A stretch of 64,000 nucleotides of DNA, from NCBI RefSeq assembly GCF_009914755.1, contig NC_060926.1; one strand, 5' to 3'. Origin of the DNA: the human T2T-CHM13v2.0 reference genome, Homo sapiens. The translations under genes and the position numbers were made by a program. Shown piece after piece: positions 1 through 14,648 of the stretch; within the stretch, counting starts at the first letter, position 1, and the number at the start of each line of letters is the position of its first letter. A model generated the notes under the pieces. It was not told the origin of the DNA, searched no databases, and worked only from the letters and a program-made list of their open reading frames with translations.

Positions 1-166
<166 letters not shown>

Positions 167-456
167 TGGATATCTTAGATTAGTAGACATCTAAACTCTG
201 ATAAGTGAGGGGTTGTGATACTTACTGAGATAGTTTATTAATTATGGTTTATAATGAAGAAGTCTTTCAAGGGTTTCTTCACTTACGGGACAATGACCTA
301 ATGAGAGCATGGCACACAAGGCTTGTCTTCTCCCGCAAGAGCATTCCAGCAGTACTCAACTAACTGCTGTGGTTCCTTGTCTATGCCAGCCATTTCTCCT
401 CTTAGCTCTTTGGTCCACATGGATCCCATGGCCTAGAGTTTTAAACAAATGCACTA

Positions 457-760
<304 letters not shown>

Positions 761-800
761 AACAAATGCACCATGGGTATTTCTGCTGTGGCACCTTTAA

Positions 801-1152
<352 letters not shown>

Positions 1153-1214
1153 GCATGCATCTCTTTAAATGTCTGCCTCACCCTCTTGATCTGAACTCTT
1201 CCATGGCAGGGATG

Positions 1215-1790
1215 GGCACAAAACAATGAAGTGGTTACAGTTCTTTTGCCCAAGCAGTTCATAATAGTACAGGAAGACAAACCTGCAAAAGCCAGCTACA
1301 AAATGAAGGTGCAAGGACTGTGCTCTGGAGAAAGAACTCATCCTGTATACAAAGGGGGTTAAGGGCCATGGTGAGTTTTCAGTTAGAATTTGAAAAATTA
1401 TAATAATGAAGATGTATAGATGAGGAAGAACTAGGGGGTAGGCATTTCAGACAACAGCAGTAGGATGCCTGGTGGCAAGAAAGTAGAGGGTGATGCCCAC
1501 TTTGTCCCAAGAAGCAGAGCCTAAGGTGAAGGGAGAGAGTTGGGAGTTGAGGAGTTGAGGAAGGCATTGCATTCCCAGTCTCAGTGGTCAGTGTTTACCC
1601 TGGGGCAATGTGGAACCATAGAGGGCTATGGAGAAGGGGTGGTATAGCCTCCACATGCCTTACAATCGTTGTGGGGTGCAGATGGACTTAGGGTTAGCCC
1701 AGCTGAAGGCAGAAGCAAGGCTAGCTCTTGCAGTGAGAGTTGGTGAGGGTGGAGGGAACTTGTGAGGCAAATATATCTGCAGGGGCTTCC
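1215..1790 (-). mobile_element. L2 fragment, degenerate
   Basis: Purine-rich L2-like segments, e.g. TTTACCCTGGGGCAATGTGGAACCATAGAGGG. Confidence 0.5.
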
Positions 1791-2575
1791 CTAAGTGGGC
1801 ATTTTGTCCCATGTGGCTATGTCAGCGGGAGGAAGAAAGTGGGAGAAGAAGCATCTCTCCACCAACCAGGCAGTTGCCAAAAACAGTCTCTCTCCCAGGC
1901 CCAGTGTTTATTGTTCTCTGTCACAGCCTATTTTCTGTTACATAATGCATCAGACTGACCCCCGCCCCACAGACTCTGCCCCGGGGTCCTTTGTTGGCTT
2001 TGCCCCTTGGGCCTCTGATTGGGCAGCTGAGGGGCAGGCCCTCCGACCAGCCCCTGTCAGTTCCCCAGCAGGGGCAGGCCCCCTGGGCCCACTGAGCTCC
2101 TGGGTGGGGCCGAGGAAGCACAACTGTGGGCAAATCAAGCCTCATCAGCAACGTGGTGAAAGCACAACTCCCAGTGCCTCATCTGCCTTGGAACCACCAA
2201 CAGGCTTCCGGCTAGGGTTAGGCAAATGAGTTCATAAGATCTAGAAGCGAGCAGGATTCCAGCAACATACAAAGTGCTGGAAGGGGGCTGCTCAAGGTTG
2301 AAGAAAATGAAAAAGAAATGGTATCACTCTGTCCCAAACTGGACTGTCACCTCCAGTGCTGATGTCCTTACGGTCCGTCCTGTGCCTTCAGTTTCTAAGG
2401 GCTGGAGGGAGGGGTAGGGCAAGGGGAGTTTCCCCCCAGAGCTCTGGAGAACTCATAAGTGAGTGAGAAGAGCAGGAGTGATGCCTGCAGTCATGGTCAA
2501 GTTCCTTCCGGAGACTGGGCAGGTCCCAGGAACCAGGCTCTGGTCTCTAGACCAGCCCTGGCAAGACACTCGGGA

Positions 2576-2830
2576 GTGTGTGTGTGTGTGTGGGGGGTGG
2601 GGGAGTGTGTGTGTGAGTGTGTGTGTGTGAGTGTGTGTGAGTGTGGGAGTGTCTGTGGGAGTGTCTGTGAGTGTGTGTGTTGTCTGTGTGAGACAGTGTG
2701 TGGGAATGTGTGTGTAAGTGTGTGTGTGAGAGTGTGTCAGTGTGTGTGAGTGTGTGTGAGAGTATGTGTGTGTGAGAGAGTGTGTGTGAGAGAGTGTGTG
2801 TGTGAGAGTGTGTGTGTGAGAGTGTGTGAG
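2576..2830. repeat. (TG)n/(GTGA)n compound microsatellite
   Basis: About 255 bp of interrupted TG dinucleotides. Confidence 0.97.
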
Positions 2831-3159
2831 TAAGGGAGATGCTGCTTCTTGATATGATACAAGTGTGGGCCCACCTGGCAGCCTAAGGTGGGATGTGGAA
2901 GCCAAGGGTGGCTGCAGCCCCCAGTGGCTGGAGAAGGCAACTTCCCTGACCCAGAGTTGCCGAGTGGCTCAGGGACGGGCCAGGGCCACGGCCAGGAGCC
3001 AGGGAGGAGGCTCTGAACAGGCCTTTCATCCATGGCCAGAGATGCCTGGGAGGCACCATGTGGGGCAGACCCCTTAGAGTCCGAGCAAGAGCCTCTCCCG
3101 CCTGTAACTACTCTACAGCCACGACGGCTCTGGCAGAGCCCGAGAAACCCACAAATACA

Positions 3160-3470
3160 TCCATGAATATTTATTCAGCCAGTAAAAATGTAACATGCAC
3201 CAGTTCTATTCCATGAGGCTTCTAGGTGCTGGACACAGCAGTGAACCAAGCAGAAGACGCTACCTTCCCAAGCTGCCCGTGACAATGGAACAACGGCAGC
3301 TCAAGTCAGGAAGGCTGCAGTCATTTCCCAATATGCTGTCTCACGATGGCCCTGCCACAGCCCTGCGAGAATCTCCACTCACCAGCAAGGGAAACAGAGG
3401 CTCAGAAAGCCCAGCGAGTCAGCCCAAGTGCAGAGAGCTAGGTGACACACCAGATGTCATCCAGTCTCTC
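3160..3470 (-). mobile_element. L2 3' fragment followed by MIR fragment
   Basis: CTAGGTGCTGGACACAGCAGTGAACCAAGCAGA (L2); GGAAACAGAGGCTCAGAAAG (MIR core). Confidence 0.55.
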
Positions 3471-4654
3471 CGTCACATCCTCACCCTCAAGGAGGTATGA
3501 CGGTCCCGTGAAATCAAGTAAAAGCACTTTGTAAACTAAAATGCAACTAGTGAGATGCGGTTCTTATCATGAATGGGAAAGAAATAGGAAGTGACCCAGG
3601 CTGAAGGTGAGCTGAGGGTAGAGACAGACCCTCTTGGGTGTGTCTGGGCTTTGGTTTTGCAGGCAGTGTACTTTGCTCCCCAAATGCCCCTCTCCTGGTG
3701 TCTTCCTGTAATCTTTCTGCATGAGTGAGCAATGTTTGTTTTGGAAGCTGAAGGACCAGACTTGTACCAGTTGAGATGAGTACACCTTTGGTCACAGGCG
3801 GGGGCTCAGATCCCTCTGCACACAGGAATTCATCCTGTCACCTCATGTGTACCATCCATAACCCTAAAAGACTGCCCTGTCATCTTATCTGGCAACTGGG
3901 ATTTTAGCAGTCCCTTCATTAAGCCTGGAGAACAAAGGCGGGTGGGTGAGGGTCTCCGAATGTCCAAACACCCTGTCACCCGGAGTGTGAGGCTGCGGCT
4001 GCCCCGGGGAGGGCCAGGCGCTGTTTACAGATGGGAGGAGATAACCGCAGAGGAAGGTCGCTGGAGTCTTCTCTTCCATCCTCCCTCTCCCACCCCTGAG
4101 GGGGGTCCCTGACCACCCTGATTCTCCAGCTGGCCTGGAGACCTATTTCAAGCTCCTGACAGAGGAATGCATGGCAGAGCATGTGAAGCGGGGTGTGATG
4201 TGGGGGCAGGGAATCCAACCCACGAATTGGATTTTACAATGGCACGCCCACTGCTGCCAAGGGGAAGTGGGAAGCAGGAATTAAAGCAATGGAGCAATGG
4301 TTTGAGTCACCCTCTCTGCGCCAGAACATTCTGAGAAATCGCTGGTTCGTACTCCAAAACTCCTTTCCCTGGGACAGGAGCTCCTCTATATCATCAGAGG
4401 CAACGGGGTACCCAGAGGCTGCTTGGATACCGTCAGTGACAGGGAGCTCACTCCTCTAAGCATGGTCTGTTCCTTTGGAGGGTAGTTTGTGGGAAAAAAA
4501 AAATCTCTCCAGGGCTGAGCTGTGACCTGTGCCCTGTGGCTGCAGGTTGAATGTTCACCTTGGCTTTGTGCTTTAAGTTACTGAAACTCATTAGAGAGTG
4601 CGTTCTAGTGGACATTATTATCATCCCCACTACCCAACTACCAGCAAGAATCAT

Positions 4655-4860
4655 CAATGATAACTTGCATTTAGAGTGTCTTCGTGCTTTCACACCCGAG
4701 AATGTATTTGTTCATCCTAACAGCCGTATGAAATGGGGATAAATTAACCTCATTTTCTTTTTTCAGATCAGCAAACTGAGGTCTGGAGAGATGAAGTGAC
4801 AGGCACAAGCGGTAAGAGCAGCTGGGACCAGACCCCAAGTCTCCTCACTCCCAGTCCATG
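4655..4860 (-). mobile_element. MIR
   Basis: TTTTCAGATCAGCAAACTGAGGTCTGGAGAGATGAAGTGAC core. Confidence 0.7.
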
Positions 4861-7629
4861 AGGGCTCAGCTCTTGTCAGGCACTCCCTAATCCCGGACAG
4901 TCATTCTATAGTAAGGGCCAACTTTGCATTTAACACTGAGAAAGAATCTCCTCTGCCCTGAAGATCACGGTGGTCCTATTTCCTCCCAAAAGATGGACAG
5001 GTGTTGTTTACAATTCAGTATTCAGAAGTGAACTGAAATGCAAGAGCTGGCAAAGCTTGCTCTGAGAAGGGAGGTCCCCGTGCCTGAAGTTGGGTGTCCA
5101 TGAGCTGGTGAAGGACTCAGTGTAGATATGACAGAGGGTATGTCAGAGCCAGGCAGGGGGCTGGAGTCTATGACATCAAAGTCCTTTTCAATCTTTGTAG
5201 GAAGACTTCTTTCCTTCCCAGGCCCTGTCCTTAGCACAAATTTGGGGACTTACGTGGGATGGTGTCTTGCAGGGACAGTGATACATGTCAGAGCCAGCCA
5301 TGGCGTTTTCTCCCTGTGCTGGGCAGCCGGCCGCCAGCACGCTCCATGGCTTCGCATCCTCCCATAGTCAGAGAGTCTCTACCCATGACCCTGGGACACA
5401 CAGATCTCCTTTCCTAGGTTGAAGGCACCCAACCTCCTCATTATAACAGTGCCCTCTCTTTGCTTGTCCAAACCTACTGCTACTTCAAGTCAGCCACTGT
5501 GATGCTTCCTGCAGGAAGCTCTTCCTGGTGTCCCCAGCTCTTCCTGACACCTGTCTTCTGAGAGCTTCTGGTGCCTGTCTGCCAGAGCTCCCCATGTGGC
5601 TGCGGGAACCCCTGTAGAGTCCAAGCCATCACCTCCCACCACATGCCACAGCTCATGAGGGAGTTCCCAGCCAATGTAGCCCTGTTGTGGCTCCCAGAGT
5701 GGCTTTCCCTGGCACAGAATGCCCTCATCATTCCCCTGCAGAGTTCCTTGGTGCCTCTAGCACCAGCAGGCAAGCCAGTCTCTTTAGCTGGGCAGCTAAG
5801 GAATTGGATTTGTTCTGTTTACCTCCCCAGCCTCACTTGCAGTCACTCTTCTGTACGCTGGTCACACAGACTGACATGTCCCATGGCGGAGCAGCCGTTT
5901 CCAGCTCCACTCCATGGCATGGGTGGTCTTGAAAGATACCTCCAAGATCAGTCCTCAGGCGACCTGCCCGACCAGGCTCCCAGGTGACCTGGATGGTCTG
6001 AGACACCAGGAGTAAAAGGGCTGTGGAAATCATAATGTGCTGGATGGCTGGGAGGGGACTGCTGGGAGGGGATGGCTGGTGACCACTGTCTTGTTTTTTA
6101 AGCCTCATGTCCACCCTGCACTGTTATGGGGATTAGCTTAGTTGTGGCATTATCAGATTCAAGTTCGTTTGCAGGGGTCTCCAAGGCCTATGCTCATCTT
6201 TTCCATTCTCAGAAGAAGGTGGGACGGCCCCGCACAATGGGAAGTGACTTGCAGGAAGCTGTCGGAGTGCGATGGGGGCAGCCTCGGCTTCCTGAACACC
6301 CCCAGCCAGGGCAATGCACCCAGACAGGCCAATGTGTCCATGCCACATCACTGCAGGGCAATGACACAACTGTCAGGGGCCCTGGATACAGCATTCCTTG
6401 CCCTGGGGTGGGGTAGGGGGAGTAGGGAGCTTCCGAGACCCTGAAAGCAGGGCTTCCAGGCTTCGGCACCCTGTCCCTCCTTCTGGGCTGTTCCTTCAGC
6501 ATCTGCTTCAGTGTCCACCCATGCCTGGCCTTTCCTGACCACTTCTACATCCCCATGTGGCGCTTCAGCCTGCAGCAGGCACAGGTGTTAAAAATCCCGT
6601 CCACCTGACTCCACCTCTCCAGCGGGGAGGTGCCAGAGAAGAGTGGAGGTGTCTGCTCAGGGGCACAGGGTGGGAGCTGGCTCTGGGGCCTTTCTCTGTG
6701 GGTCAGGATGAGGAGCAGGGCTGGCCTGGGGCTCTCAGGACACCTGAGGGCCATTTGCACAATTGTCTTTACAGGAAGCTTCAGGGAGGAAGGCTGCGGG
6801 CTGGAGAGAACCTGAGGCTGAGTTTCTTCCATTTCATCCAGCGCATTCACCAAAGCACCCTGTGTGCCGAGGGCAGCGGGGGCCGTACCCTCCCGGAGCT
6901 CACGAATGGGTGAGGGAGAAGCCCCTAGGCGGAGAAACTTACAATCCCATGTGGACATGTGAACTCAGTGAGAGGAGGTGCTGCGGTGAGGGCCACTTCT
7001 TGGAGATTTGGGAAAAGGAGCAGGATGTTTCTGGCAGTGAGGCTGGGAAGGGCATCCTTCATAGCAGAGGGAAGCTGTGAGCAGAGCAGAGGCTGAGGAC
7101 GACTCCACCCAAGGGGACCGGTGGGGCAGGGGCTGGGCCAGGGCTTGACCCGGAGCTCTGGGCTGTGTCCAGTTCCCTTCAAATGAGAAAGAAGGCGCCA
7201 GAGGTGCAGGGGGCAGGGGATGCCTGCCAGCCAGGCCCCATCTCCTCTGCTGTTTAGGGACTCGGGTTGGAATTTCCACGACACTATTTGGGGGAGGATG
7301 AGGGAGCTGGTGGGAAATGGGTTTGGGGGCGCGAGGCTTGATATCATTTCTTCCGATAAAGAGGCATTGGCTCAGCTTTTCTGTCTTCTGCTTAATCACT
7401 TTCAGAGGCTCATTAGACTTAGAGGAAATACACTTGCAAACTCAAACCACATGCCACCCTCAGAGTACATACTCCCATCCCCAAAGCACACGTACCTCAG
7501 AGAAAGGATCATTGGTTCCCAAGAACAGGAGCCATTCCGTGGAAGGGGTCACCTGCCTGGAGACTGCAGTGCTCCGAGGCCGTAGAGCAAGGTGGGTGGA
7601 AGCGGGTTTGAGAGTTTCAGGGACGGGCT

Positions 7630-8015
7630 GACTCTCACGGGGCCCTTACCACGTGCCTGCTGCCGTTCTCATTGCATTGCACGTATTAACTCACTTAAGT
7701 CCCACCTGAAGGTGGCCACCATCATTGTTCCCAAAGAGCAGCTAGGCCCAGACATGTTAAGTAACTTGCTTCAGATCACATGCAGCCAAGTGGCAAAGCC
7801 AAAAATTGTCCATAGTCAGGCCACCCGGGTTTGCAGCCCAGCTCTGCCATTGACGAGCTGTGTGTGTTTGAACAAGTTACTCAGCCTTGCTGGTCACTCT
7901 TCTCCTGTGTGAAGTACATGTAGCAATTACATCTGCCAACGGGGGGATGATTGAAGACCGGATACACCATGGGCCTAACACGGTGCCTAGGATACAGTAA
8001 GTACCTGTCAATTTA
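7630..8015. mobile_element. Two MIRs head-to-head (minus ~7630-7810, plus ~7825-8015)
   Basis: GTTAAGTAACTTGCTTCAGATCACATGCAGC, then CTGTGTGTGTTTGAACAAGTTACTCAGCCT. Confidence 0.7.
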
Positions 8016-8046
8016 AGAAACAGCTGACTAGCTGAGGTCCCACTGA

Positions 8047-8700
<654 letters not shown>

Positions 8701-8709
8701 TCACACTGC

Positions 8710-8870
8710 CCACCTGTGGGTTTATGTGCCTCCTCCACCAGATTGTGAGCCCTTGGAGGGCAGGGACCTAGAGGATTTATGTTTGATTCTCCACAGCCCC
8801 TCACACAAAGCCTGGCCCAGAGTAAGTGCTTAGAGAATGTAATTGTTCAATGAATGGATCAGTGAACATT
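8710..8870 (+). mobile_element. L2 3' end
   Basis: AGATTGTGAGCCCTTGGAGGGCAGGGACC...CCTGGCCCAGAGTAAGTGCT...TGAATG. Confidence 0.8.
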
Positions 8871-9231
8871 GTCAGTGGAGACATTCACACTCTGTAGGTT
8901 TCCAAATTTGACAGGCAGTCAACAAAATCAGACAACGTTTTTAATACATTATTTTTTGAAGAAAGTCTTGCTGGCTGTTCTGTTTCTCCCAGAGGCAGTG
9001 GTCTGATGCAAGGTCCCAGAATTTATTTTCTGTCTTTATCTGACCTGTCTCTGTCATTTCATTTCTCCTGGGTGGGAGGAGAGGGGAGAGGTCAGGGATG
9101 GAAAGTCCACAGAGAAAGCAGGGGCAATAAGGAACTCATGTCAGCACTCTTTCCATCTGGAGATGATGCTAAGATTCTAAGGGGCCTTAGACATCTTTTT
9201 ATCTTCTTTTTATTCTCTGTGCCCACACAGA

Positions 9232-9630
9232 CTATTCATTCAATCCAATCTCCATCCATCCATCCATTCATCCCTCCATTCATTCATCCCTCCATTCTCT
9301 ATCCTCCATCCATCCATTCATCTGTTCATCTTCCATCCATCCATCCATTCTCTGTCATCCATCCATCCATCCACCCATCCATCCATCTTCCATACTCCCT
9401 CCATTCTTTGTTCATCATCCATTCATCCATCCATCCATCCATCTTCCATACTCCCTCCATTCTTTGTTCATCATCCATTCATCCATCCATCCTCTATCTA
9501 TCCATCTGTCCATCCATTAATCCTCCATCTTCCTTCCATCCGTCCATCCATCCATTCATACTTGATCCATTTATCTTGCATCCATCCATCTGTCCATTCA
9601 TCTATCCATACTCCATCCATTCATCCATTC
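9232..9630. repeat. (CCAT)n/(TCAT)n simple repeat
   Basis: Degenerate TCCA tetramer array; the source of the 227-aa low-complexity ORF. Confidence 0.95.
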
Positions 9631-10709
9631 TGAGAATACTTACTGAGCACATGCATTCCCTCCCCTGTGGTGCCTCAGAGGCACTCTAAGGCCAATAGAT
9701 GGAGGACCCAGAGACAAAATATTATCTTATTATCCAAAGCAAGTTCTAAATGCCAAGGTGGACTATCGCCCAGTTTAGAGGAAAATGAATCCTGGGTCTT
9801 CTAATATGTGAGCTAAGATGGTCCACTGTGACTATGAGAAGGGTTTTGATTGTTAATAGGGAGTTGGAGGAGAGAGCTCATGCTCGGAGTCTTCCAAGTG
9901 GAGACAGCTGATCTGGATTGCTGAGTGTAAGGAAATCCCCAGCATCCAAAAACCCCAGTCACTCCAGACCCTGAAAAACAACTCCCTCTTTGACAGAAAC
10001 AAGCTTGGCCCAGGAATTGCCCTTCTTTTTTTTTCAGGCCCCACATCCCCCATGGCTGCTCCTTCCTGGCTAGAGGCTGCAGCCCTGGAGTCCCGGCATG
10101 GACAGTTTGAGCCTGGCTCACCCCCACACACACAGCCCCCTTGTTTCAGGAATGTGGGCGGCTGCTTGGAGCCACGGCTGGAAATGGCCTCCCAACAGAT
10201 GTGCCTTTAATTTGTTTCCGGGTCAGTGGCCCCCATGCCCCAAGGAGGCCGCCTCCCAGGCAGGAGGCCCCAAAATAGCCCTGTGTATGCGTCCTTGGAT
10301 GGGGTTATCCATCACTGCCCGGCCTCTGCCCCCGGATGCCTCACTCTGGTGGCTGGCTCTAATCGGACCACTTGGTGTGGAGACGGGGGAAGTGGCTCTG
10401 TCCCCTCGGGTGATGGCCCCTCAAAGGGCCAATTGTAACCACATGGAAGAGAAGCCTTCTGCCCTGGTCCCAGGGTCAGCCAAAGATCTCTTCCTGAAAG
10501 AGACTTCTAGGAAGGAAGCACGAGAGGTTTGCATTGTTCCTACAGATGAGCACGTGATCTGAGGTTGCGGTGCTTCTCTCTATCAGTATTCACCTACTAG
10601 CAGTGGGTGCAGTGAGCACCGACTGCATGCCAGGCACCGGGCCAGGCCCTTTCCACGCGTCAACACCAATTCTCCGCTTTGCAAGGAAATTCTGCAAGAC
10701 AGGCATCGA

Positions 10710-11065
10710 TTCTCATTTTCCAAATGAGGAAACTTAGTCTCAGAGAGCTTAAGCCTTCTCTAACCTGAACACTAAATGAGGAACCAAGATAAAAAATGCA
10801 GGTCTGTACAGCTGAAAAATGGGGCTTTACCCAGAACAGCACCACCTCCCTGCCTAGAATGGTGGAGCTTGTTGAAGTTTATTGTATAGTAGGTGTTTAC
10901 TAAATCAATGTTTCCTCTCTCAGTCCCTTCCTCTGTAAAATGGGGATCATAATTATCTACCTAAATGGATTATTTTAAGGTAAAATAAGATAATTTATGT
11001 AAAGAGCATAGTGTAGTGCTTCGTGTCCAACAACCAAAGGATGAGCGCTGAATAAATGATTAGAA
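10710..11065. mobile_element. MIR fragments (minus ~10710-10830, plus ~10912-11065)
   Basis: AAATGAGGAAACTTAGTCTCAGAGAG; CTCTGTAAAATGGGGATCATAAT. Confidence 0.75.
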
Positions 11066-11322
11066 CGTGTTTAATAGGCGGTGTGGATGAATGGTAGGGG
11101 TTTGAGTCCTGATGTGTGTTTCTAAGGCACTCCCACACTCTTCCCAACCCCTACGTTCTCAAGCCAGTGAGCCAGGTGGGAACATTTGTGTTTCAGAGGC
11201 CAAGAGAAGGGTGGTGATTTGCTTCTCCCTCAAAACTTTTCACCTCATCTCCATTCCAGTGGTAATCAATCCCCCTTCCTTTGTGTTTCGAAATTACTTA
11301 TTGTATAACTTATATCCTAGAT

Positions 11323-11538
11323 CAGGGTCCCAGCCTGTAAGCAAAACCTGGCCCACTGCCCACTTTTGTAAATAAAGTTTTATTGGGACTCAGCCATGCT
11401 CATTTGTTTACTTGTTATCTATGGGTGTTTTCATGCTGCAAGGCAGAATTGAGTAGTTGTTTCTGAGACCTTACAGGCCCCGAAGCCTAAAGCATTTACT
11501 ACGTCTTCCTTTACAAAAAAAAAAATTGCTGACCCCTC
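11323..11538 (+). mobile_element. MER58A (hAT-Charlie) DNA transposon
   Basis: TTTTGTAAATAAAGTTTTATTGG...CAGAATTGAGTAGTTG...TTGCTGACCCCT matches recalled MER58A consensus. Confidence 0.85.
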
Positions 11539-12194
11539 TCCTGGTCCGACCAAATAATCTGTTTCCATCATACGTATACACTGGGAGCAATGTGAGGTCG
11601 GGAATACATCCTATTTTCCTCTCTGCCTGGTGCCTAGTACTGGGCCTGGCCTAGACAGCACATTCAATGAAGGCTTGTATAACCATTGACAAGGACCTCC
11701 ATCCCCTCTGGTCAGTTGTTCCAGTTCCTTATCACGTGGCCCAGGGCCAACCAGAATCTTGTTTCTGTCTTAGGTATTGCTTATAGTTCCAGACAAGAGC
11801 AACAGGGACCACTGGGAAGTCAGGGCTAAATAGCGAATTTGATGGAGGGGCTCATGTTGGAGCCGAGGAAGTCAGGCTCCCTCTGCGTGAGGAAGAGGCA
11901 CTCACACATCAGCAGGATTGGGTGGAAAGTTCCTGGCTTAAGAGTGAGGGCTCCCGGATGCTGTACTTGGTGCCCAGGCTGCAAGAAGGACACGGGCCCA
12001 CACTGAGGCCCCTCTCATCTTTAACATTTCCTGTCCTGCCCACCTCCCCTGGGACTGCAGTGAAGCAGGGAGGCTCGAAGCTTGGATCTGTGCCAGGTAA
12101 TGAGTGAGGGGACTCTTGCTGTCCCTCAAGGCTCTCCCCATCCAGAGCGGAGCTGCGGACACCCTCTCAGTGAGCATCACCCGGACGTGCCTGT

Positions 12195-12208
12195 TCTGCA
12201 GGGGGCGC
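12195..12208 (+). promoter_or_regulatory. Candidate CTCF motif
   Basis: TCTGCAGGGGGCGC vs consensus CCASYAGRKGGCRS, with mismatches at the 5' end. Confidence 0.35.
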
Positions 12209-12911
12209 TTCCGGGGGAGCACAGCTTCCTCCTCCACTCAGCTGCCCTCTGCCCAGACTCAGTGCCCCCTCCCCACCACAGGCCCAACTCTTACCCTGAA
12301 AATGCTTCTGCTCAAGGCCTGTGCTCTGGTATGAGCTCAGTGGCCATCTTTTTGGAACCCAATCTGGATGCAGCGATCTTAGGAGTGTGCAGGGAGGTTT
12401 GGGACTGGAATAGGGAAAGAGGAATAGGGAAGGGGGAAGAATGGTGTCCAAACTATCCGTGACCTTCTGTGTGGCCGCGTGGCTGCAGAGGTCCTGCTCT
12501 ACTGCACAGGTCCCTCCAGAGCCCCTAGGTCTGGGGACATCTCAGATGCTAGGGCTGAGCCATTATGGGGAGCCCACTGGATTCCACCATCCTCAGCAGG
12601 ACAAGCAGGGTGTTGGAGGGTTCTAGGGCCATACTTCCACCCACGCTAACTTCTTTCCCTTTTGTGCTATGAGCTGAAGACCACCCCATAGCTGTAGATG
12701 CATTATTCACTTCCCTTCACATTCTCCAGAAAGAGGAGTGAGGCAAGCACGGAAAGGCAAGGAAGGCACTGCCTCCTGGCCACGGTGCTGAGACCAGCCG
12801 TTCATTCCACCATGCTGGTAGCTAAGGGACCAGCACAGGGAGCTCAATAGGCTGGACTTGGTCTGGGTCACTTTCAATTTAGAGGCACGTGAAGGGATGG
12901 AGTGAGCACTG

Positions 12912-14214
12912 TGTGAAATTATAGAATTCAAGCTTATAATAATTCAAACTTAAAGCTGTTGAAACTTTAAATTATTCCAGGCCTTGAGAGGAGTGTGGCC
13001 ATGTAGCCTGAGTCAGGAGGCGTGCAGCTGCAACTTCTGCCTTTTCTCTCCTGTAAATAATTAAGACCAATCTCATAAAGAGAGAAAGTGGGCAAATGAC
13101 ATGAACAAACATTTCTCAAAAGAAGGTATACAAATAGCCAATGAACATGAACAAATGTTCACATCACGAATCAACAGGGAGATGCAAATTAAAACCACAA
13201 TGAAATACCTCCTTACTCCTGAAAGAATGGTCATTACTAAAAAGTCCAAAAACAATAGATGTTGGCATGAATGTGGGGGAAAGGGAAGACGTACACACTG
13301 CGGTAAGAATGTAAATTAGCACAACCTCTATGGAAAACATACGGAGATTTCTCAAGTAAAAGTAGACCTACCATTTGATCCAGCGATCCCACTACTGGGT
13401 ATCTACCTAAAGGAAAAGAAATCAATACACCAAAAAGACACCTGCACATGTGTGTTTATTGCAGCAGGATTCACACTTGCAAAGATATGGAACCAGCCTA
13501 AGTGCCCATCAACCAATGAATGATAAAGAAAAAATGTGGTATATATACACCATGGAATACTATTTAACCATAAAAAAAGAATGAAATAATGTCTTTCGCA
13601 GCAGCTTGGTTGGAGTTGGAGGACATTATTCTAAGTGAAGTAACTCAGGAATGAAAAACCAAATACCGCACATTCTCACTTATAAGTGGGAGCTAAGCCA
13701 TGGATGTGCAAAGGCATCCAGAGTAGTATAATGGACTTTGGAGACTCAGAAGGGGTGTAGGGATAAGAAATTACCTATGGGTACAATGTACACTACTCAG
13801 GTGGTGGGTGCATTAAAATCTCAGACTTCACCTCTATACAATTCATCCATGTAACCAAAAACCACTTGTACCCCAAAAGCTATTAAAAAATAAAAATAAT
13901 AAAATAAAAATAATTAAGACCAAACAGAGCCAAAGATAAGACCTTCTCAGATCACTACCTCATGGTGTAATAAAGTAATCTTCCTTGGAATGTAGCAGTC
14001 TGTAACCAATCAAATCACTGTGGCGTATGGACTGGTCTTGTATGAAAAATGTCATCCTGCTAAAATGTTCACGTAAGTTAAACTTCTCCACTTTGGAACT
14101 CTGACCCCGTTCGTTTGGAGTTGGGGTGGTTCCAGGTGCCTCTTCTCGAGCTATGTGATCGAACATACTCTATACTTCATCACATTTTCCGAATCTCATT
14201 ATTTAAGGTTGACA
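12912..14214 (+). mobile_element. Solo ERV LTR (LTR47-like), split by an L1
   Basis: AATTCAAACTTAAAGCTGTTGAAACTTTAAATT start, CCAAT box (TAACCAATCAAA), ends TTTAAGGTTGACA; family name tentative. Confidence 0.7.
13071..13907 (+). mobile_element. 5'-truncated L1 (L1PB-like) 3' end
   Basis: ORF2 C-terminal remnant ([18 protein letters not shown]...KNNRCW), L1PB-type 3'UTR CATCCATGTAACCAAAAACCACTTGTACCCC, A-tail; perfect 16-bp TSD AAATAATTAAGACCAA at 13055-13070 and 13908-13923. Confidence 0.95.
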
Positions 14215-14341
14215 ACCGGATCTGGCATCTGAAGCCCTGGGTTTGGCTGTGGCTCTATCACTTACCACCTGTGAGAGCTCAGGCAACCAGCTTCACCTGG
14301 TTTCTATCCTAGTCCTAGTGTCCTTTTCTAGAAAATGTGAT

Positions 14342-14648
<307 letters not shown>

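Noticed and set aside
2453-2905. His/Thr-rich 150-aa ORF
   Set aside because: Translation of the (CA)n tract.
8736-8766. Similarity to the miR-28-3p sequence
   Set aside because: Explained by shared L2 3'-end ancestry; no adjacent complementary arm to form a precursor.
9006-9689. Longest ORF (227 aa) as a gene
   Set aside because: Translation of the CCAT repeat (SIHP runs), with no domain.
13101-13319. ORF with L1 ORF2 similarity
   Set aside because: Decayed fragment of a 5'-truncated L1, not a functional CDS.
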